A stretch of 64,000 nucleotides of DNA from positions 142,044,001 through 142,108,000 of the forward strand of contig CM059431.1 in the NCBI GenBank assembly GCA_030390025.1, given 5' to 3'. This stretch comes from Squalus acanthias (Eukaryota). A program made the translations under genes and the position numbers. Below are positions 61,741-64,000 of this stretch, piece by piece (position 1 is the first letter of the stretch; each line of letters starts with the position of its first letter). Under the pieces are notes generated by a model. It searched no databases and was not told the DNA's origin. It was given only the letters and a program-made list of their open reading frames with translations.

Positions 61741-64000
61741 AATAAATCTCCATTGATATTTCAAGCAGACACTTCAAAATTATTTCTCTCCTTTCTCTTT
61801 CTTACAGCGAACTTGATGGCAATTATTATTCTCTCCCGAGGAAACTGCGGCCTTTCCAAGTGTATCTCTGTCTACATGGTGTCCATGGCAACAGCAGATC
61901 GACTGGTCATGATCATCAATGCAGTAGTGTCTCACACGCTGGTGTGTAAATTCATTTTATACATGACTGGTGTCACCCTCGACTTGTCAGTTTGGTTCAC
62001 CGTCTCATTTACATTTGACCGATTTGTAGTTCTCTGCTGCCAGAAGTTTAAGACAAAATATTGCACCAAGAGAACTGCGGCCGCGGCTATAACAACGTTT
62101 TCGGTCCTGACCTTATTTAAAGACATCCCCGTATTGTTTGGATTTGAACATCAGCAAATAATTAACAAGGTGCAGTGGGGCTGCCGTCCAAGTGTGGCTT
62201 TTTCTTCCTCACCTCCAGGTGTTGCCTACCTCTGGTTTCACAGCGCCTGGGTTGTTTGGCTTCCTTTCAGTTTAATTGTCTTGTTTAATTCTTTAACAGT
62301 CCGTCGTATATTAGTGGCCAGCAGAGCCCGCAGGGAACTCCGGGGTCACAGGACTGAGAATCAGTGTGATCCGGAGATGCAGAACCGAAGGAAATCTATC
62401 ATTTGACTCTTCACTATATCGGGCAGTTTTATATTGTTGTGGCTGACAAATGCCGTGAGTTTGTTAACTACCAGACTGGGAAACACCATTATTACCGAGG
62501 CGACCGCACAGACCCTGGATATATCGCCACAGAAACCGGAGCCATGCTGAAGTTTTTGAATGGCTTTCAAAACCTGTATATTTATGCAGCGACCCAGAGG
62601 AAATTCAGAGAAGAGCTGAAGACTGTGGTGAAATATCCCTGGACAATCACTCTGAGATTGGTTAGAAAATGAGATTTAAAGTAATCAAGTCAAACAAAAG
62701 CTCCCTCGTAACTAAAGCTCAATTTCAACTCCTTTTCCACCGTAGAACGTCCTTCTTTCTGGAAATGTGAAAAATGGGAGAGTTCATGTGTGAACATTTA
62801 TTCGATTTTTAGCATGCGTTTGATGTCTGCTTTACTTTAGCTTTTCTCGCTTCTTTCGCTGAGTAAACATAACCTATTCCGGCAAATTTAGCACATTTCA
62901 ATTTCAGGGATCAAACAGAACAATGATGAGGTGCAGCAGTGGAGTCGGACATGTGTGTAACAGAGGAATCCACCTCACACTGCAGATACTTGGATCGGGC
63001 GCGCCACTTTAAAATCATCAATAAAGTTTCATTGGGTGCCGAAAACTATCAAAGGTCCTGCGATCGCCGATATTGGTTAATTTCCTGGAAGTTTGGTGTG
63101 AATATTGCAGGCGCGAGTCTCTCTATCGGACTCCATTCCTCATTGACAAACGGAGCCGGCTCTTGTCACGTGATCAGTGTTCCAATGGAGGAAACAGTCG
63201 GAACCCGGCTCAGAGATGTGACCTTTCACCTCTTTTGTCCCAGATACTGATTTAAAATCTCGATTGCGCGCTGACTGGTGTCTCTCACTCATAACTGAGG
63301 TGGAGTCTGCTCTTGTTTTGTGCTGTCGATAGAAGTATCATCAGTAATATTATTGAAATTCTGTCTCAATCAGTCTCCCAAACAAAATAGTAAAGGAATG
63401 TAAACATGAACGATTATTTATAAAATTATTAACTATTACTTTTCATGCAATTTATCTGTAAAAAAAAAGCTGCTAGAAATTCAGCTGAAATAAAACTGAT
63501 ATTAATTATTCTGTGTTTGGCTGAACATATGCGGACGGTCAGAAAGAATCTTTGGTAATTACCGTCTTAATATGCGGTTACAATTTGTCCCAAATAATCA
63601 TTAAAATTCCAGCAACTTTGAATCACTTGCAAATTGTTCATCCCTGATCTCACCAATCTGCGAGGAAACGACAAGGAATGGAAGAATTTCTCAATTGAAA
63701 AACCTGAAGGATGTGGATGGAGAGTGAGCGATAGGGATCCAAAAATTAATTCATCGAAAGTGTGTTTTCAGGAGGATAAATCCATGCAAACAAAGAGAGA
63801 AATTTGTGTTTATATATATGGGCGTAGACCACAAGAATAAACAAGTGATGATGAATCTTTACAAATTGCTGGTGAGGCTACCATTAGAACAGCAGGTACA
63901 GCTTCACCCCCTCGTTGTGGAAAGACCATTAAATCCACTGAGTGCGGGCAGTGTAGATACACCAGGATGGTGCCATGGATCAGAACTATACTGATGATGA

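Larger units (their letters stand above)
60453..62672 (+). pseudogene. GPR139-like: GPR139-like GPCR copy 4 pseudogene (exon 1 60453-60522, exon 2 61808-62672)
   Basis: Exon 1 MWQPAILLIKEIYYPILAAVGVP with GT donor; exon 2 has a 13-codon in-frame deletion after TM2, premature TGA at 62404-62406 and a frameshift near 62488. Confidence 0.9.

Overview
Eukaryotic, repeat-dense vertebrate DNA. The repeat content (CR1 with an esterase ORF1, L2, RTE, Deu-domain SINEs, Penelope-type hammerhead relic) points to a cartilaginous fish; this is an inference. The only host genes I can support are four paralogous two-exon rhodopsin-class GPCRs of the GPR139/GPR142-like type. One has an intact frame (7711-9122, +) and three are pseudogenes (24338-25759 -, 35875-38853 +, 60453-62672 +). 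Copies 2 and 4 lie in a large inverted segmental duplication. Highlights: (1) every receptor copy has a related tandem-repeat array (48-bp or 26-bp unit) ending about 400-455 bp upstream of its ATG in the same relative orientation, plus a shared promoter motif. (2) A near-intact CR1 has an ORF2 with no initiator Met, in the -1 frame behind a U_UUA_AAC slippery heptamer at the ORF1 stop. (3) A LINE has a tRNA/SINE-like head and no ORF1. (4) Harbinger-like MITE families share a spacing-conserved E-box/CCAAT module, an NRF1-type palindrome and splice donors. (5) A fold-back Penelope-like element carries minimal hammerhead ribozymes. Coordinates were read by eye and degenerate repeat boundaries are approximate; no database searches were run.
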